From positions 8,742,001 through 8,806,000 of the forward strand of contig OX597828.1 in NCBI GenBank assembly GCA_951406725.2: a stretch of 64,000 nt of DNA. Direction: 5' to 3'. The position numbers and the translations under genes were made by a program. The notes under the pieces were generated by a model that did not search any database, was not told the DNA's origin, and saw only the letters and a list, made by a program, of their open reading frames with translations. The stretch comes from Octopus vulgaris. Taxonomy: Eukaryota. Shown here one piece after another: positions 28,017-42,875 of the stretch (its first letter is position 1; every line of letters begins with the position of its first letter).

Positions 28017-28591
28017 CAGAGGGACATGCACATAATCATATACACATATATAGACACTTGTGTATTTTTATGTGCGTATCTATGTGTATAAGCAATCTTT
28101 CCCGTTTCATTTGGCATCTTTATACTTATATGTCTTTCACAATATTTTTTATATTTTTCAGCCGCTTCATCTTCTTGCTCTTTTACTTCTTTTATCTTCT
28201 CGTTTTTCCGCACCCACGCCACTTACTACAGTGAAATAATCTCTTTCACACTACATACCTCTTCGTCCCACCGTCAGTTTCTACATCGGTCTTAACGATT
28301 ATTGATGACAAAGAAAATATTCCCGTTGAACATAATACTCCCATCTTGCATTCCTTCAACGAAACTAAAAATCTAAAAAAATTCAGTTTTATTGGGTCTC
28401 TCTGTCACTCTCTGCCTACATACCTCTAACTTGCACCTATTTTCTGTCCTTCATAATTTTTTCCCTCTTTACAATCTACATATTTTTTTTACTCCACTGC
28501 TAGTTTCATCATCACCATCATCATCGTCGTCGTCGTCGTCATCGTCAGCGTTTGTCCTCATCAACATCAGTATCAGCAGCATTATTGTAAC

Positions 28592-28632
<41 letters not shown>

Positions 28633-28795
28633 GCTTTATCATTAGTCGTTTGCGTCTCATTTATACCTGTCTCTCTGCGCACATACACATGCATATATGT
28701 GTATACACGCGCACATACACAGACAAACACATACATATACACACACTCACATATATTTAACCCTACCTATATCTTCATATGTATACATATATATA

Positions 28796-28843
<48 letters not shown>

Positions 28844-29345
28844 CATATATATATACATATATATATATATACATATATATATATACATATGTAAAATCTA
28901 TATTTACATATACTAGCATCATTCATTTATACATATGCACATATACAGATTCCTACACACAGACGTACACGCAAGCGATTTCTCTCACAAATATATATGT
29001 GGAAGTGTAGATGTATATGTGTGCATGTGTTTGTGTGTGTGTGTATGCGTGCGTGCGCGCGTTTATGAATTGTGTAAGTGAGTGTGTCTGCTTAACGATG
29101 GCAGATTATATGTGAACAAGTATTTTACTACACACACGTTTCCCTGCATACTCACATGCAGACCCACTCATACTGACATAGTTGCAAATATCTGTGGATG
29201 CGTTTCTTTCATTGTGTTTTATTTTGTGTGTATGATTATCTATCTGTTTACAAAAATGCTCGCCCGCGTGTGTGTGTGTATGTGAGTGTTTGTGTATGTG
29301 TGTTTCCCTAGTGCTTGTGTGTGTGTGTCTGTGCGTGTGTGTTTG
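25975..29345. repeat. Dense field of (TA)n, (CA)n, (GA)n and (TTA)n microsatellites
   Basis: Directly visible; interspersed with AT-rich unique DNA. Confidence 0.9.
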
Positions 29346-30379
29346 TGCAAAGGTATGTGTCTACTTAATATTGATGAATGATTCTTCATAATGCCCTTCC
29401 GTTCGATTAAAAACAACACTAAAACGTCTTTTAAACTAATTTTATGTTGAGGTTTTCGTGACTAGGAAAAATTCAGAGCATTCTTGTGAAAATGGACAGA
29501 AAGGAAATGCCAATATTATATATACAAAAACAAAAATAAAAAATGAATCTTTCAGATTGTTTGCTGGTCATTTTTTTTTCTGTTATTTTTTCTATGTAGT
29601 TTGGTTTATTGAAAATACTAAGATAGCTTTCCAGCAGGTTTTGCATTCAGAAATGTTCGTCTCACTACACTCGATGTTAAATAGGTTTTGACACTGAATT
29701 TTTGAGAGAACTCCCGGGAAACTATTGACACAGCAATTGACGCACATAATAACACTTAACTGTACACAGAAAAATGCTTATTACACATAAAATACATAGT
29801 GAGATTCATACATATACATATATTTATATATATACATAAATATAAAACTCACATACATATATCTACATACAAATATACATTCAAACTTACAACTCAACAT
29901 TTTGTAAATATAAAATCAAACAAAAATACGTATATAGTAGTGCGATACACATCGCCATACAGAAATATTTTATAGCACCTATACAACTCTACACTTATAT
30001 GTGATTTTCATCAACAAAGAAGAAATGTGTGAACTTGCTTTACGGATTAAGACACGCATCTAACGCTGAATATGAAATTCCATGACAGTTATTACACTAC
30101 ATACATACATACATTACAATAAGTATTGTTGGTACCGTAAATGAACCTATTAAACTCAAACAAGCATTCTTCGTTCGCTTTAAGTGTAAATAATTAAATG
30201 TAAATAATTATACGAAAACTTCAGTGTTTTTCTGTGACTTCTTGAAAGACACCTTATTTAAAATAATGGTTTGTGATTTCCCAGTGGTTTAGGTTTGGAA
30301 AACTTGAGGTAGAGCAATCATTGAACATCCAAACTGCGTTGCTCTTTATGCATTTAGAGGTAATACCACTTGTTCCCCG

Positions 30380-30575
30380 ACACGCAGCATTGATAGTCTA
30401 ATATTTCTAGATATTTTGTCTGTCTTTAGGTTCTAAGTTCAAATTCCGCCGGGGTCGACTTTGCCTCTCACCCTTTCAGAGTCGATAAACTAAGTACCCG
30501 TTGCGTACTGGATTCGATGTAATCGACTGGCACCTTCCCCGAAAATTTCGAGCCTTGTGCCCAGAGTAGAAAAGA
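30380..30575 (+). mobile_element. Family-B SINE
   Basis: aagttcaaattccgccggggtcgactttgcct.tcaccctttc.gagtcgataaa.taagtacc..ccttgtgcc.agagtagaaaaga. Confidence 0.85.
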
Positions 30576-31255
30576 ATATTTCTAGATTTGTTGTTATTGT
30601 CAGCTCGAGCAGTTATTTGATCAAAGTTGCTTCAGCCATAATCACCCTGTCTTGATACATAGAGTATTGAAAATGTAATACAGAATGCGTATTCCCTTTA
30701 TTTTCTCAAGCAATAAGATATAATTTGAACGATACTTGACAGCTGCTTAAAGTTGACCCTCGTTTTGGTATGTGAGAGAAATCAGCATGCACGTGTTTGT
30801 CTCAAATTCTATAGGAAATATTCGTTGTAATTTATTGTTTTCAATGGTTTCTACCTCCATTTCAAAAAGATTCTCTCTGCAGGGAAAAGGGCTATTGTAT
30901 TACTGCAAATATGGCAGATCCTCCGTCGAGATCGAATGACTATTCTGTTGCATCAACGTAATTGCTTTATGCGGATATATATTATTTAACAATTAGTTGA
31001 TATGTGGCTCCTTAATTTAGACTTTGAGCCACATTACCATGTCACATTATGTGATAAGGACAGACCTCGCAATTAAGTGTGTATTCAGTTGACATGTTCC
31101 CACCTCCAGGTTGAGAATATGGTAAAGGCACCTACCAGACAATAGGATCGAACTCTATTTCTCAAAAGTTTGAAAGAATCTTCTTTGCCAGTTAGCCATG
31201 CCAGCATCGAGTTGTGTGTACTAAAATGTTACGATATTGCCGTTTTCTTGAAACA

Positions 31256-31264
31256 ACATACACA

Positions 31265-31360
<96 letters not shown>
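31256..31360. repeat. (CA)n microsatellite
   Basis: Directly visible. Confidence 0.97.
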
Positions 31361-31363
<3 letters not shown>

Positions 31364-31829
31364 TATTCAGTATGAAATAATTATTTCCTTTTATTACAGA
31401 AACTACGTTTTGAAATTTATTCCTCATCATTTTACATTCTGAGCATGTAGAAATGTATATGGTTTTGGCTTTCCTTAATATTGTGTCGAAATTATAGAAT
31501 CAAAAACACCTAAAATATCCCATCTTATGTCATGAAATAGGAGCAACACTATAATATGTTCAGAGTTTTAAAATTATATATTTCAGAGTATTTAAAATGT
31601 TATCAACCATGCTATTGATTATTAGTTTACAAATTGCTCTCTAATTATGTCATTCAATCCATAATCAAAATTTGGTCATTATAATAACCATCTAATATAC
31701 TATAAATACCATGATTTTCACTGTATGACACTTCTCTACAATCAACTCAAATATATCCTCGCCATCATCGTTTCATCTTCGCTACCGCTACAACCACTCC
31801 GGCAGTAACTGCTCCTTTGGCCACTGAAC

Positions 31830-32395
31830 AAGACAAAACGGTTTTATCATGCCGCTCGCACCTTGGGTATACCGGTGGCACAGACATCCTGTATCTGGGC
31901 AGTTTATCCCGAACATGTAGAGCACTCCTATAGCACTGCCAAATGAGGTGTTTCTGGTAATTATCCAGGTACCCCGACCCGAAAGTTCTTTTAAATAGGT
32001 CATCCCTCTTGAATTCTACCAACCCTCTAGATAGTACAGAAGAGGTATTTGCACTGCCGGCCTTGCTCGCCTTATGGATTAGCGCGAGTGCCTGTCGGCA
32101 CTCTTTTTGCTGTTCCGTCAGATTTTGTCTCTCAATGAACCTGAGTTTGAATCTCTCTAAAGATGCAGGTTGCAGAAAGAATTTCTCCGCCAGCGAATTC
32201 TATACATGGTCGGCCTCCAGGTAGAGCAAGAGGTGCCTCAGCCTCAGTGCATGTTTGCGCATCTTCAGCCACGGCATCCCTGACCCACCCTTTAGCGGTT
32301 CTTGACAGCAGACAGATCACCTCACAGGAGTTTTTTCTCCTTTCTATAAAAAGCGAAGGAGAAGGCATTCCAACTTATTTAGCCCACGAAATAGG
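31830..32395 (-). mobile_element. L1/Tx1-clade LINE ORF2 C-terminal relic
   Basis: Broken frames give (GG)LGMPWLKMRKHALRLRHL, then TFGSGYLDNYQKHLIWQCYRSALHVRDKL..PVYPRC..KTV (zf-RVT-like region). Confidence 0.65.
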
Positions 32396-33206
32396 GTAAG
32401 CGACTACGAAACTACGAACTGCCGACTACATCACACCTCTACTACATACATGAAGTAGCACCGGCTATTTTTGTCAGAGGGAGTCGTATTCTCGCAACAA
32501 CATGGTTATACTTAGATAATTCTTAGATAATTGTTAGATGGTTATACTTAGATACATTCAGGGGTACATCATCAAATTACTTTCTTCTAACCACAACTAA
32601 AATCATTTCACTTATTTACTGAATTTTGACCCTAATATGAGGAGTAGAAATTCGTGCGCCATGCATCATATAACCAAGTGGTTCATCATTATCCAAGGTC
32701 CATTTAGAATTAGAACTTTTTTACATATCACGAAATGCATTGTCGCATTCTACTTCTCAGTCTTATAATATGCTGACAATGATTAACCGAACGCTCATAT
32801 CGCTGACGCTGAAGTTGATGCAATAGAGTATATATTTTTATTTCGGTCACCTTACATGATTTCTGATCCTTTATAGACATTGCCAGGGGCAGTTAAAGTA
32901 GCTATACAATTCAATATATTCTTAATGTAACATAATGCAAACAATGCTGCGATTCGAACTTTCCTCTCTTTGAACACATTAAATGAACATGATTATGAAC
33001 CTGCTTAAATTAACATTGATAACGACAGTCTTTAGAAATTTGTGTATACAGTGAAACGGTGCAAATGTCATCTACCTTAATAATAAATGTATCTGAAATA
33101 ACTTGATGAAAATGCGTTTTTTCTCATCAAAATGCTTTCTTTTAATTTAACCGACGGTTATATTGCGCACGCACGATTGTATTTGTGTGTGTATATACAA
33201 TCATAC

Positions 33207-33558
33207 ACGGCGGTACTCCGTCGTTTACGACGACGAGGATTCCGCTTGATCCGATCAACTTAAAAGCATGCTCGTGAAATTAACGCGCAAGTGGCTGAGC
33301 ATTCCACAAACACGTGTACCTTAACGTAGTTCTCGGGGAGTTACGCGTGACACTGAGTGTGAGAAGGCTGGCCCTTTGAAATGCAGAGAGAAAGTTGTGG
33401 TGAAATAGTACAGGAGTGTCTCCGCCCCCTGCCGGAGCCTCGTGGAGATTTAGGTGTTTTCGCTAAATAAACCCTCACAATGCCCGGTCTAGGAATGAAA
33501 ACCGCGATCCTATTCCCGCGAGTCCGATGCACTAACTACTGGGTTATTGCACCTCCCC
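33207..33558 (-). mobile_element. tRNA-derived SINE (third family)
   Basis: The minus strand begins GGAGGTGCAATAACCCAGTAGTTAGTGCATCGGACTCGCGG..GCGGTTTTCATTCCTAGACCGGGC (degenerate A/B boxes). It is a GC-rich island in AT-rich DNA. Confidence 0.6.
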
Positions 33559-33638
33559 CCATAAACAGATACGTTATATACATGCACACACACAAACACA
33601 CACACATACATATATATGTATATATATGCATATATATA

Positions 33639-33689
<51 letters not shown>

Positions 33690-33719
33690 ATATATGCGTT
33701 CATAAATACATACATACAG

Positions 33720-33765
<46 letters not shown>

Positions 33766-34795
33766 ATAAGGAAATATATTGTTTTGTTACTTATTTATTA
33801 TTGCATAATGATAAATACAGCAATTTATTGATATGAGTGCAGTGCCAAGATAACCACTAATAGAGGAGAAAATTAGTAAAATTTACAAAAGAAATGGAAA
33901 CAGACACAAATTTCAGAAAGAGAAAAGATGAAGCTTGAGATAAAGTGTAATGAAAAGATATAAGACAACATACATTTACGAAAGATAGGAAACATTCTGC
34001 ATTTTTAAATGCTTTATGTAAGTAAAAATATTTTGTCACTTTTATAGTCATAAATCATTAATAGAGAGTGCAAGAATGGAAGAAATAGGAAAGAATAAGG
34101 AAAATATATGACTAAATATATATGTATACAAGTAGGTACATTTCAGCTAAGATTTTAAATTGGAAACTTGCAAAATAAATTTATATAACAAAATATTTGT
34201 AGTGAACTTGTAACGATCACCATCAATTTAAATTGTTTCAAACAAATACTAACTGCTTATTCGATTAATTTTCTGCTAAAACAAACATTACAATTACATT
34301 TTTATATTCATTTACGATTTGATTATGTTGTTTTTATTTTCATCTTTCCAATTATTTTTATATATTTTATTTAGTTCACAATTTTTTTTTAGTTATCTTT
34401 CTTTTTTTTTTCAAGATTTTATCGTACATTTAGATTTTATCGTATATTTTGATATGTTTATGATAGAATGTTATATATTTATTTATTTTGTATTTTTGCA
34501 CAACTATTTATTAATTTATTGCTGTAAGAATTGCAATTATCAAACTGAATAATATATCAAAAGAGTTAAAACAAGTAATGTAGTATATTTATTGTTTTTG
34601 CTATTAAACTTATATTGATGTACTTTTAGTGTGTAATTTCACAGACTACTTAAACTACATCATAATATTCTCTAAATAGAACTGTAGAACTCGACAATTT
34701 AACGTATAATTATTAACTGAAATACTCACAGCATACATATATATGTATATGTATATCTGTATGTATGTGTATAAGTATATATATATATATATATG

Positions 34796-34887
<92 letters not shown>

Positions 34888-35420
34888 TACACTCAGACAC
34901 ACACATACGTGTATATAGACACGAATATTTGTGAATATGTGTGTGTTTGTATTCATGTCTTCTGTGAATCTCAGTTTCTTACTAGTTATTTGTATTCCGT
35001 TATATTTTGTCACTTTCATATTAAAATACAACGTTTAACTTATTAAAAACCTGAAGACATATAAAATTTGTCTCAATTAATGATAATGTAAATCACAGCT
35101 GTGCTTTATTAAACATTAACTTTTCCAGAAATGTATAAACTTCGCAGTATCTCCTTTGCGTGTCCCTAAATACTATCACGTATATTTATTTGGGATGAAC
35201 TCGTTGACCAGACGTATAGTCAGCTGTGAAAGAAAAAGAAATACTGAAATACTGAATTTATGCCGGCGTAGTGCACAAAGATACATACATACGCACAAAT
35301 TCTGTCTCAAACTTCAAGGACTACACGCACGTACTCACGGACGCGCACACACGCACGCACACGCACACACGCACACGCACACACACTCACACAAACGCCC
35401 ACACACGCACACACATTATA

Positions 35421-35641
35421 TACGTCAGGGTGCTGAAAATATCCTGGCTTTGTATAATAGTAAATGTAAGCGGATCATTTAATTATGATTTTGTTCAACA
35501 CATTCCCCTGTCAAATTCACACACTTATTGCAGCGGTCTTCCGGTTTTTCTCAGCCCTGTAAAAGAACTCTGAATGTTAGGGCCTCAAGTTGGTCTTTTG
35601 CGGTTCACTTAAAGCCAAGAACTCTTCAGTTACCCTTCGTA
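35421..35641. mobile_element. Mariner-type MITE of about 220 bp
   Basis: The termini TACGTCAGGGTGCTGAAAATATCCTGGCTTT and AAAGCCAAGAACTCTTCAGTTACCCTTCGTA are imperfect inverted repeats of about 30 bp with TA ends. Confidence 0.75.
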
Positions 35642-37949
35642 TATTTACGTTCACGGGCACACGAATAATGGCAAGATATTCAGAATCCACTATAATATAA
35701 AAAATAGCATTTATGTAATATAAACAACTTAAATGGTATACTAATTTTGTAAGGAAATATATATTTTATTTTATATGCACTCAATACATTCTAGCACGGA
35801 TACTGTAACTAATGTAATTTCTTTGAGACAACTACTTTTATATAAGTTATTGAACGGTTTGTCTAACACTATATCTTTTATATTCTATATATAATATATT
35901 AATAAAATAATTTGACATCATCATTCAGCAAAAATGGCAATTACTGGAAAGTTTTAAAATGTATATAAAGGACATAATTTGATAGAAGGTAAAAACAATT
36001 CTCTTAAGAGTGAACAGAAGTCAAATAGATTATAAAAAAAAGAAAAGAAAATTTCTGTGAACGTCCTAAGTTGATTTTGATAAAACAAAATTCATAAAAC
36101 ACTTCATTAAGAGTTGATTATTTTATTTCTTTCTATTGCAAACTGAAACCTCTAAAATATACTTGAAGTATATGGCCGGAGGTAATCCGTATCTAAATGG
36201 TTGTTTCATCAGGTTATTTAATAGGGCAATCAAACACCGTTATAAGGGAGAAGAAACAGATAAAAAGAATTTAAAGCAATGTAAAAGATAGAAGTGTGGA
36301 AAAATCTGAAGAACTGAAGTAAATCAAAATTAGAAAATGGAATTTGGACGAAAAAATATATGAAAGAAATTGTTAGATGAAGGGCAACAATAACAACGTG
36401 AAAACAATCAGTTTCACAAACGATAAACTTGTGGAAGATGATGATGATGCTAATGATGTTTATGATTATGACGATGGCGAATTAATTTGAAAAATGTTTG
36501 GAAAAGTTTTTGAAGATATTTTGACTCTAAAATCATCGAAAACAATTCCTCAATTTCAATTGTCATTTCTCTCGAAAGAGAGAGAAATTTTATTATATTA
36601 TACATAATGTCCTTAACACGGACATAGAACTCTGTTTACTCCTGGGTTGAATAAAATTAGAAATATGATATTTCGACTTAATTCAGAAGCGTCAATGATT
36701 GGGTATGGGATATTATAGTTGTGTAAAACTAAATTTCTGCATGTGTTGAAGCTCTTTCTTTGACCAATCATTTCAATGAAATAGGAAAAAAGATTTTCGT
36801 TTTCATTAAAGACACGCCTCAGTGAATTTTCAATTTTCTACTCCTTTATATTAGTTATTTATTGTTTTCTATACTGTTTTATACATTTCTGTTTCTCCGT
36901 TTCGTTTTGTTTTTTAGTTTTGGTTTGATTTCTTTGGCGAAAAAAATCTCTTTCATTTCTGAATTTTCATTCGGCTTATAACACTATTTCGTCTCTCTAG
37001 TTAATTCGCACATTCAACTTTCCAATTCACGCATCAGCAATCATTTTGTGCATAAGTAAAGTAGTTACCGCTCTTAATTTCAACTGTCCCGGACAAAGTG
37101 AACTTTTAAAATGTTCCGCTATTAGAAGTAATCTCAATATTTTCGATGATTGTGACGCTTCACTTGTTCTACACTTAAATTTTATGAAGGTGATAGAAAT
37201 GTTGATTATTTTGTTATAGGTCTCTCGGCTACCAGACAACAAAATGGTGCTGAGAGAGGTATTTTGATCATTTGATGCCACTAAATAGTTCGTTTCCCGA
37301 CAGAGGATCAGTGCTGCGTGCTTAGAGATGTATGTCATATTCTAATACATTAACAGAATTTTTGTGACACCTTGGTCGGTATTTCCCTCCAATATGCACT
37401 GCAATACAATTATTATATACGAACCAATTTGTGAGTGGTATTGGAAATACAGTATTTCAAGGCTTACAGTAGCAGAAGCATTGTAAAATGAGAAGAGCAA
37501 TTCCCTTTTTGAAAGAAGAAAATTAAAGTTTCCAAATACAGTATTAGACAACACCACAGAAATACATAATATATAAAGTTGCAAATAAAACGAAAATAAA
37601 AAAATCATTACATTGAAGGATGCACATCCCTATTGTGATTATGAAGAAAATCATAGCGATGTACGATTTCTATTCGACGAAATACATATAATAGAATTTA
37701 TGTTAATGTAAGTTTGCCACAAATATGTTGGATTATTTCCCTTTCTTCACACAGTAATTTTATTGATGTAGAAATAAACAAAACTTAAAGGAACCAAGTG
37801 GCTTTATGCTTACCACAATACTTACATCGAATTCATTGCATTATTGTGGTTTTCATTTGGATGGTTTTCGAAGGTTTTCGAAGAAAAATTACCCTTCTAG
37901 TTTTTATAGTTTTAATAAATATACTCACCATTCTAAAAACACAATTAAG

Positions 37950-38460
37950 AACACTTGTACAGGGAAAAGCAAGGGCACTTATTTCTAAAAGACAAAAGAT
38001 CATAAATTTAAGTGGATTAAGTAAGCATTGTAGATCAACCAAATATACAATTAGTACGATTTAAAGAAGCAAAATTAGCTAAGAAGTAATATGAAAGCCA
38101 TTTAAGACTAGTTCCTCACGCTGGAATGAAAGTGAAAACTCTGTTACTAATGTAGATAAAAGAAAGACAATTAGCTAGTGATTCAGTGAGTTAATAATTT
38201 ATTATTTAAAAACAAAAGCTAAAAAAAAAAAGAAAAGCTATTATTCTGCGTAAAGGACATGCACTTGGGACTGGTGAAGGAAACCTATCAAACTTTACAG
38301 TGTTCGTTCGCATCAATAAAAAAAAACTATTCTGGCATTCGAGGTAGTAAAAAGCAGCTAGCTCACATTCATTTCCTTCAGAAAAATCTTACTGAATCTT
38401 GGAAACTTGTGAAGGAGAGTAATTTGGGTTCTGACCTCACATTTTTGAGAGAAAAATGTT
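37950..38460 (+). mobile_element. Possible very decayed Tc1 transposase N-terminal relic
   Basis: GKARALISKRQKIINL..TISTI and SKKQLAHIHFLQKNL..SNLGSDLTF loosely resemble Tc1 motifs (RQKI; ARLxFAKKH..VLWSDETK). Confidence 0.35.
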
Positions 38461-38499
38461 CAAAGTAGATATCTCTCTTAGAAGGAGGTCATGAACTAT

Positions 38500-38760
38500 G
38501 AAGGTTATACTAAATTCTCATTTTTGCACTAATGCTTGTGTGGATGGATTTGAAAGAGAAGCAACTCGTAATCTGTCATTTAGGAAATCCCATTTCTTTT
38601 AAGAACATTAAGTAGAAAAGTTTTGGTTTTCATTGAATCTGGATCTCGAAGGTATGGACAATGAGGAACGTGTTTACTAAATGGTTCTCTAAAGTGTTTG
38701 CCCCCATAGAATACTCTTCTTTTTATAGATAAAGCTCCAGCACAAACTAATTATCTTCAT
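38500..38760 (+). mobile_element. pogo/Tigger DDE-domain relic
   Basis: Broken frames give FCTNA, KEKQLVICHLGNP, KVWTMRNVFTKWFSKVFAP and LFIDKAPAQ (resembling KAWMT..F..WF and LLLLDNAPAH). Confidence 0.55.
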
Positions 38761-41039
38761 GAGCCAATTTATATATTTTTCTTTCACTTCCATGCCCAAA
38801 GAATTACACAAACAAACAGTCTCTATAATGCGTGTTTTAGACATTGTAAGACCCGTTGAAAGACAATATCGTGTTATGATACTGTCCAAGAATGCGTAGA
38901 AGTTTCTACCAATAGCTACACCGCTTATTGAGTCTGATATTATCAAAATTTATTCCATCTACATTCCTAATTCAAATCTTTCACTAGACACCATAAATTA
39001 TTTTAAAAATTACGCGCAAAGCATCTTTTGAGGACGAGTTTTGACGTGACATATTTTGAAGTAAAAGTGTTGTAATTTCACCATTACAAAGTTGTGCATT
39101 TAGAAGGAAAATAACCAACGAGTAAGTATTGATGGGTTTGAATTTATGTTACTGAGCATTGTGGTCAAAACATTGTCTAATCAATTGATTCTGTGATGCT
39201 TGAGATTGAATCTGTAGATGAAGAAACTGTATGTAGGCTGTATATTGAAGAGAATGAAGAAGAAAAGCAAATTGTCCATCGCCGACCTGAATGTGCTACG
39301 TTGCGAAGGGACTGAATCCTCACAGCAAGTTTTTATATCGGTATGAAGTAATTCTGTTATTTCTTTAATCAAACAGAAAACGGATCATTTCGCTCTTTTT
39401 ATTAAAAAAATTTTTTTTTGCGATTAGAAAAGTGTGAATAATTTAAAATTGCTTTCAGTCAGTTCGAATGTCTCGCGACATTTACCTTCAAGTAGGTTTG
39501 GAATACACGAAAACTTGCTTATACCGCATACTTGCTAATCAAAATCCAACGGAGGTCAACTGTGTATTTTATCATTTGTGACTAAATAAATATTAATGCA
39601 TTCTGTGGATGCAAATTGGTGACATTTACGTTCATCCGGAAGCGCCAGCAACGATAGTAGTACAAAGTGAATCAGCATTTCCTTTTTCCTTGTGTAACAA
39701 AAGAAAAGAGAGGAATATATACAAAATATGTAATCCTCTGTAAAATGTAGTATATTTTCTTGCACCCTGTACAGAAAATTTAGTTTTAGATTCTTCTCTA
39801 GTTTTAGGAAGCATACGGACACCATGTTCCAATGTATTTGTTAAAACTCTACTAAATTATTCAATGACACCCAAAACAATTTTTAATCAGTCTACTTAGA
39901 GTGGCAAAAAATAAATCACCTTAGGTGTATTAATTACTGCTTTGCGATATACAGAAATGTTGTCATGAGTAAGATCTGAACTCAGTATGTAAAAAATCGC
40001 AATTAAGTCGATAGCATACGCAGTACGGCATTGTATAGTATCTACTCGACCACCGCTTTATATCTAACTAATTATTGATATCACATATTCGAACATTATT
40101 TCCAGTGATCTCTTTATATAAGCAGCAAAAGAAAAAAAATGTAGTAATTTTTAATAAACAGACATACACACGCACTCACCCCCAATTCCCCTAACTTTCT
40201 CTGCATCTGTCTCATAAGTGAAAACCTACAAACATACGAATTTACCTGCAGGCTTGCACCCCACCACACACATGAATATGTATGCGTGAGTATGTGTATA
40301 TATGTGTACGTATGTATATGTATGTGTGTTCGTATATGTATGAAGGTGCTCATTTATATAAGAAGGTATGAGCATATATGTCTATGTGTGTGTGTATGTG
40401 TGTGTATGTGTCTGTGTCTGTGTGTATACTTATATTGATATATGGTCTTTCATTCTCTATACAAGCTTTTGTTTATATACTTGTATTACTCTGTGGAAAC
40501 TTTTCATTGATATACGCTCTCATTCATTTATGTTTTTGTTGTTTCTTTTTAGACTTAGATGAATTTTACGTCGGCACCGTTATCCGTATTGCTGTTGATT
40601 AATATTGAATATGTTTTCTCTTTGATGTTCGTTTATATTATATTATATATGTGTTGAAATGTACTGCATTTGCTAAGAACTCATTCATGATTAAATAGAT
40701 TGTGTGTCACAGCTTTTTTAAGCAATTATTTGACGGGGATTAATTACTTGGGATTTGAACATTATCTAGAATTTCATCACCCACCAACACCTCTGATATG
40801 TGATTATTACATACCACATATGAAGGGATACAGAATTTTGTATATCGATGAATATTTCTTTATTCTTGACTAGACACGAGGGTTATATATTACTATACGT
40901 TTGAGTGTAAATGTGATGTTGTGATCTTCACACGTTCCTCTGCAAATACTCTTGGTATGTGTAATACAGAAAAATTAAAATATTGAAAACAAAAACCAGT
41001 TAATTGTCTCGATTATCGTGGAGCTTCAAATTCAGTTCT

Positions 41040-41330
41040 ATAGGGCTAATGGTGCATGCACGTGTCGAAACCAGACAAACATTCGGTCCTGGAGAATGGC
41101 AGATTTCTGAGTTACAATGAACATAAGAATATATATGTAAATCTATTCTTGTAAACAAATGAACGGATTGCGCGACATTCGGAATGAGAAATTTACGTGA
41201 ACTTCTCACGATACGAATCGATGTGCCTTGGCTTTACTTAGAAGATACAGTCATTTTGAAAACTCATTCTCCGACACGGAAACGCCTTGTTATTAGGCAT
41301 AGATGTGGTAGCCAATGCAGATGTTTACAG
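41040..41330 (+). mobile_element. Possible RTE-clade LINE C-terminal relic
   Basis: MVHARVET (resembles MLYGSET), IRNEK/LRELLTI and YSHF (resembles YGHV) occur at roughly RTE spacing; the signal is weak. Confidence 0.3.
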
Positions 41331-41656
41331 CCGTCTAACCATTTTACGTTTAGCTTCAATAATATTTTCTTGAGCTTAACAAATTTTATCGGCTTCTGAG
41401 GACCGTATCTAGAGGATATAGATTCAGTAGACAAATATAGCGTTGATTTCCAAACACTTCTCGGATACGAACCGCATAGAATTGTGTTCTGATCGAGGGT
41501 CGACCACGATAGGGCACGAAATTAAAGATCCCTTCAATGGAAAGCGAAAGTTACGTCCAATGTGCGTCAAGCTTGCCGAGCTTGGATTATACATTCAAAA
41601 CGAATACACACTAACACACGCGCGCACACACGTACATATACATGTATTTATCTATA

Positions 41657-41731
<75 letters not shown>

Positions 41732-41734
41732 TAT

Positions 41735-42090
41735 AAACCACATGGTTCCGGGTTCAGTCCCACTGCGTGGAATCTTGGGCAAGTATCTTCTACTATAGCC
41801 ACGGCCCGACCAAAACCTTGTGAGTGGATTTGGTAGGCAGAAACTAAAAGATGGCCATCGCATGTATGTATATATATATATGTTTGTGTGCCTGTGTTTG
41901 TCTCCCCAACATCGCTTGAAAACCGATATTGGTGTGTTTACGTCTCCTTAACTGAGGGGTTCGGCAAAAGAGGCCGATAGAATAAGTACTAGGCTTACAA
42001 AGAATAAGTCCTGGGGTCGATGTGCTCGATTAAAAGGCGGTGCTCCAGCATGGCTGCAGTAGAATGACTGAAAGAAGTAAAAAAGTAAAA

Positions 42091-42092
<2 letters not shown>
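41735..42092 (+). mobile_element. Family-A SINE, 5' truncated, preceded by (TATC)n
   Basis: aaccacatggttccgggttcagtcccactgcgtgg..ggcggtgctccagcatggc..aatgactgaaa. Confidence 0.92.
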
Positions 42093-42126
<34 letters not shown>

Positions 42127-42553
42127 CACACATCCGTTTTATTATTACATGGAAATATCATATCAAGATTAACAGCGCATGATCTTGTAGGTCGGGCTCA
42201 GTTAGAATTTTCTTCGTGTCGAGTTGCCCATCCCGCTCAAAAGTTCCCTGAACAAGGATTGTTTAAGGATGTTGAACGAAGCACCTATGTTTCTAGAACT
42301 GAATTATACAAACTCCAAAGAATTCCTCTCAATACATAGCTATGATGCTCGTCCACTACTTCTGCTCGTGAACGTCAGCCATCGAGGGACATCTTCAATT
42401 TGTTAAGGTCAAACAACTGACAAGCAAATCTGTGGCAAGCAAATCTGTAGACCATCTTTTATACCAACACAAAACAATGTACGTGTTAACACTTCCAATC
42501 AATTAAGATCAGAAACCAAGAGATCCACTGCCTACTAGTGCATCAGGGCATTT

Positions 42554-42615
<62 letters not shown>

Positions 42616-42765
42616 AGAGTTCAAATTCTCCCGAGGATTACTTTGCCTTTTATCCTTTCTGGGTCGATAAATTAAGTACCATTTGAACACTAGGGTTGAT
42701 GTGATTACCCCATCCCCTACCCCAAATTGGCTGCCCCGTGACAAAATTTTCAGCCATTATTATTA

Positions 42766-42852
<87 letters not shown>

Positions 42853-42875
42853 CCATCGTTATTATCATTGTTATT
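42554..42875. repeat. (TTA)n and (TTA)n(CAT)n tracts flanking a partial family-B SINE (about 42615-42755, + strand)
   Basis: gagttcaaattc..ctttgcctt..atcctttc.gggtcgataaattaagtacc lies between the arrays. Confidence 0.85.

Noticed and set aside
37027-37420. Possible hAT C-terminal relic
   Set aside because: Similarity is too weak to support by eye.
39556-39832. Possible MULE transposase relic (VCFLKL..LLALPDE)
   Set aside because: Only vague motif resemblance and no TIRs were found.
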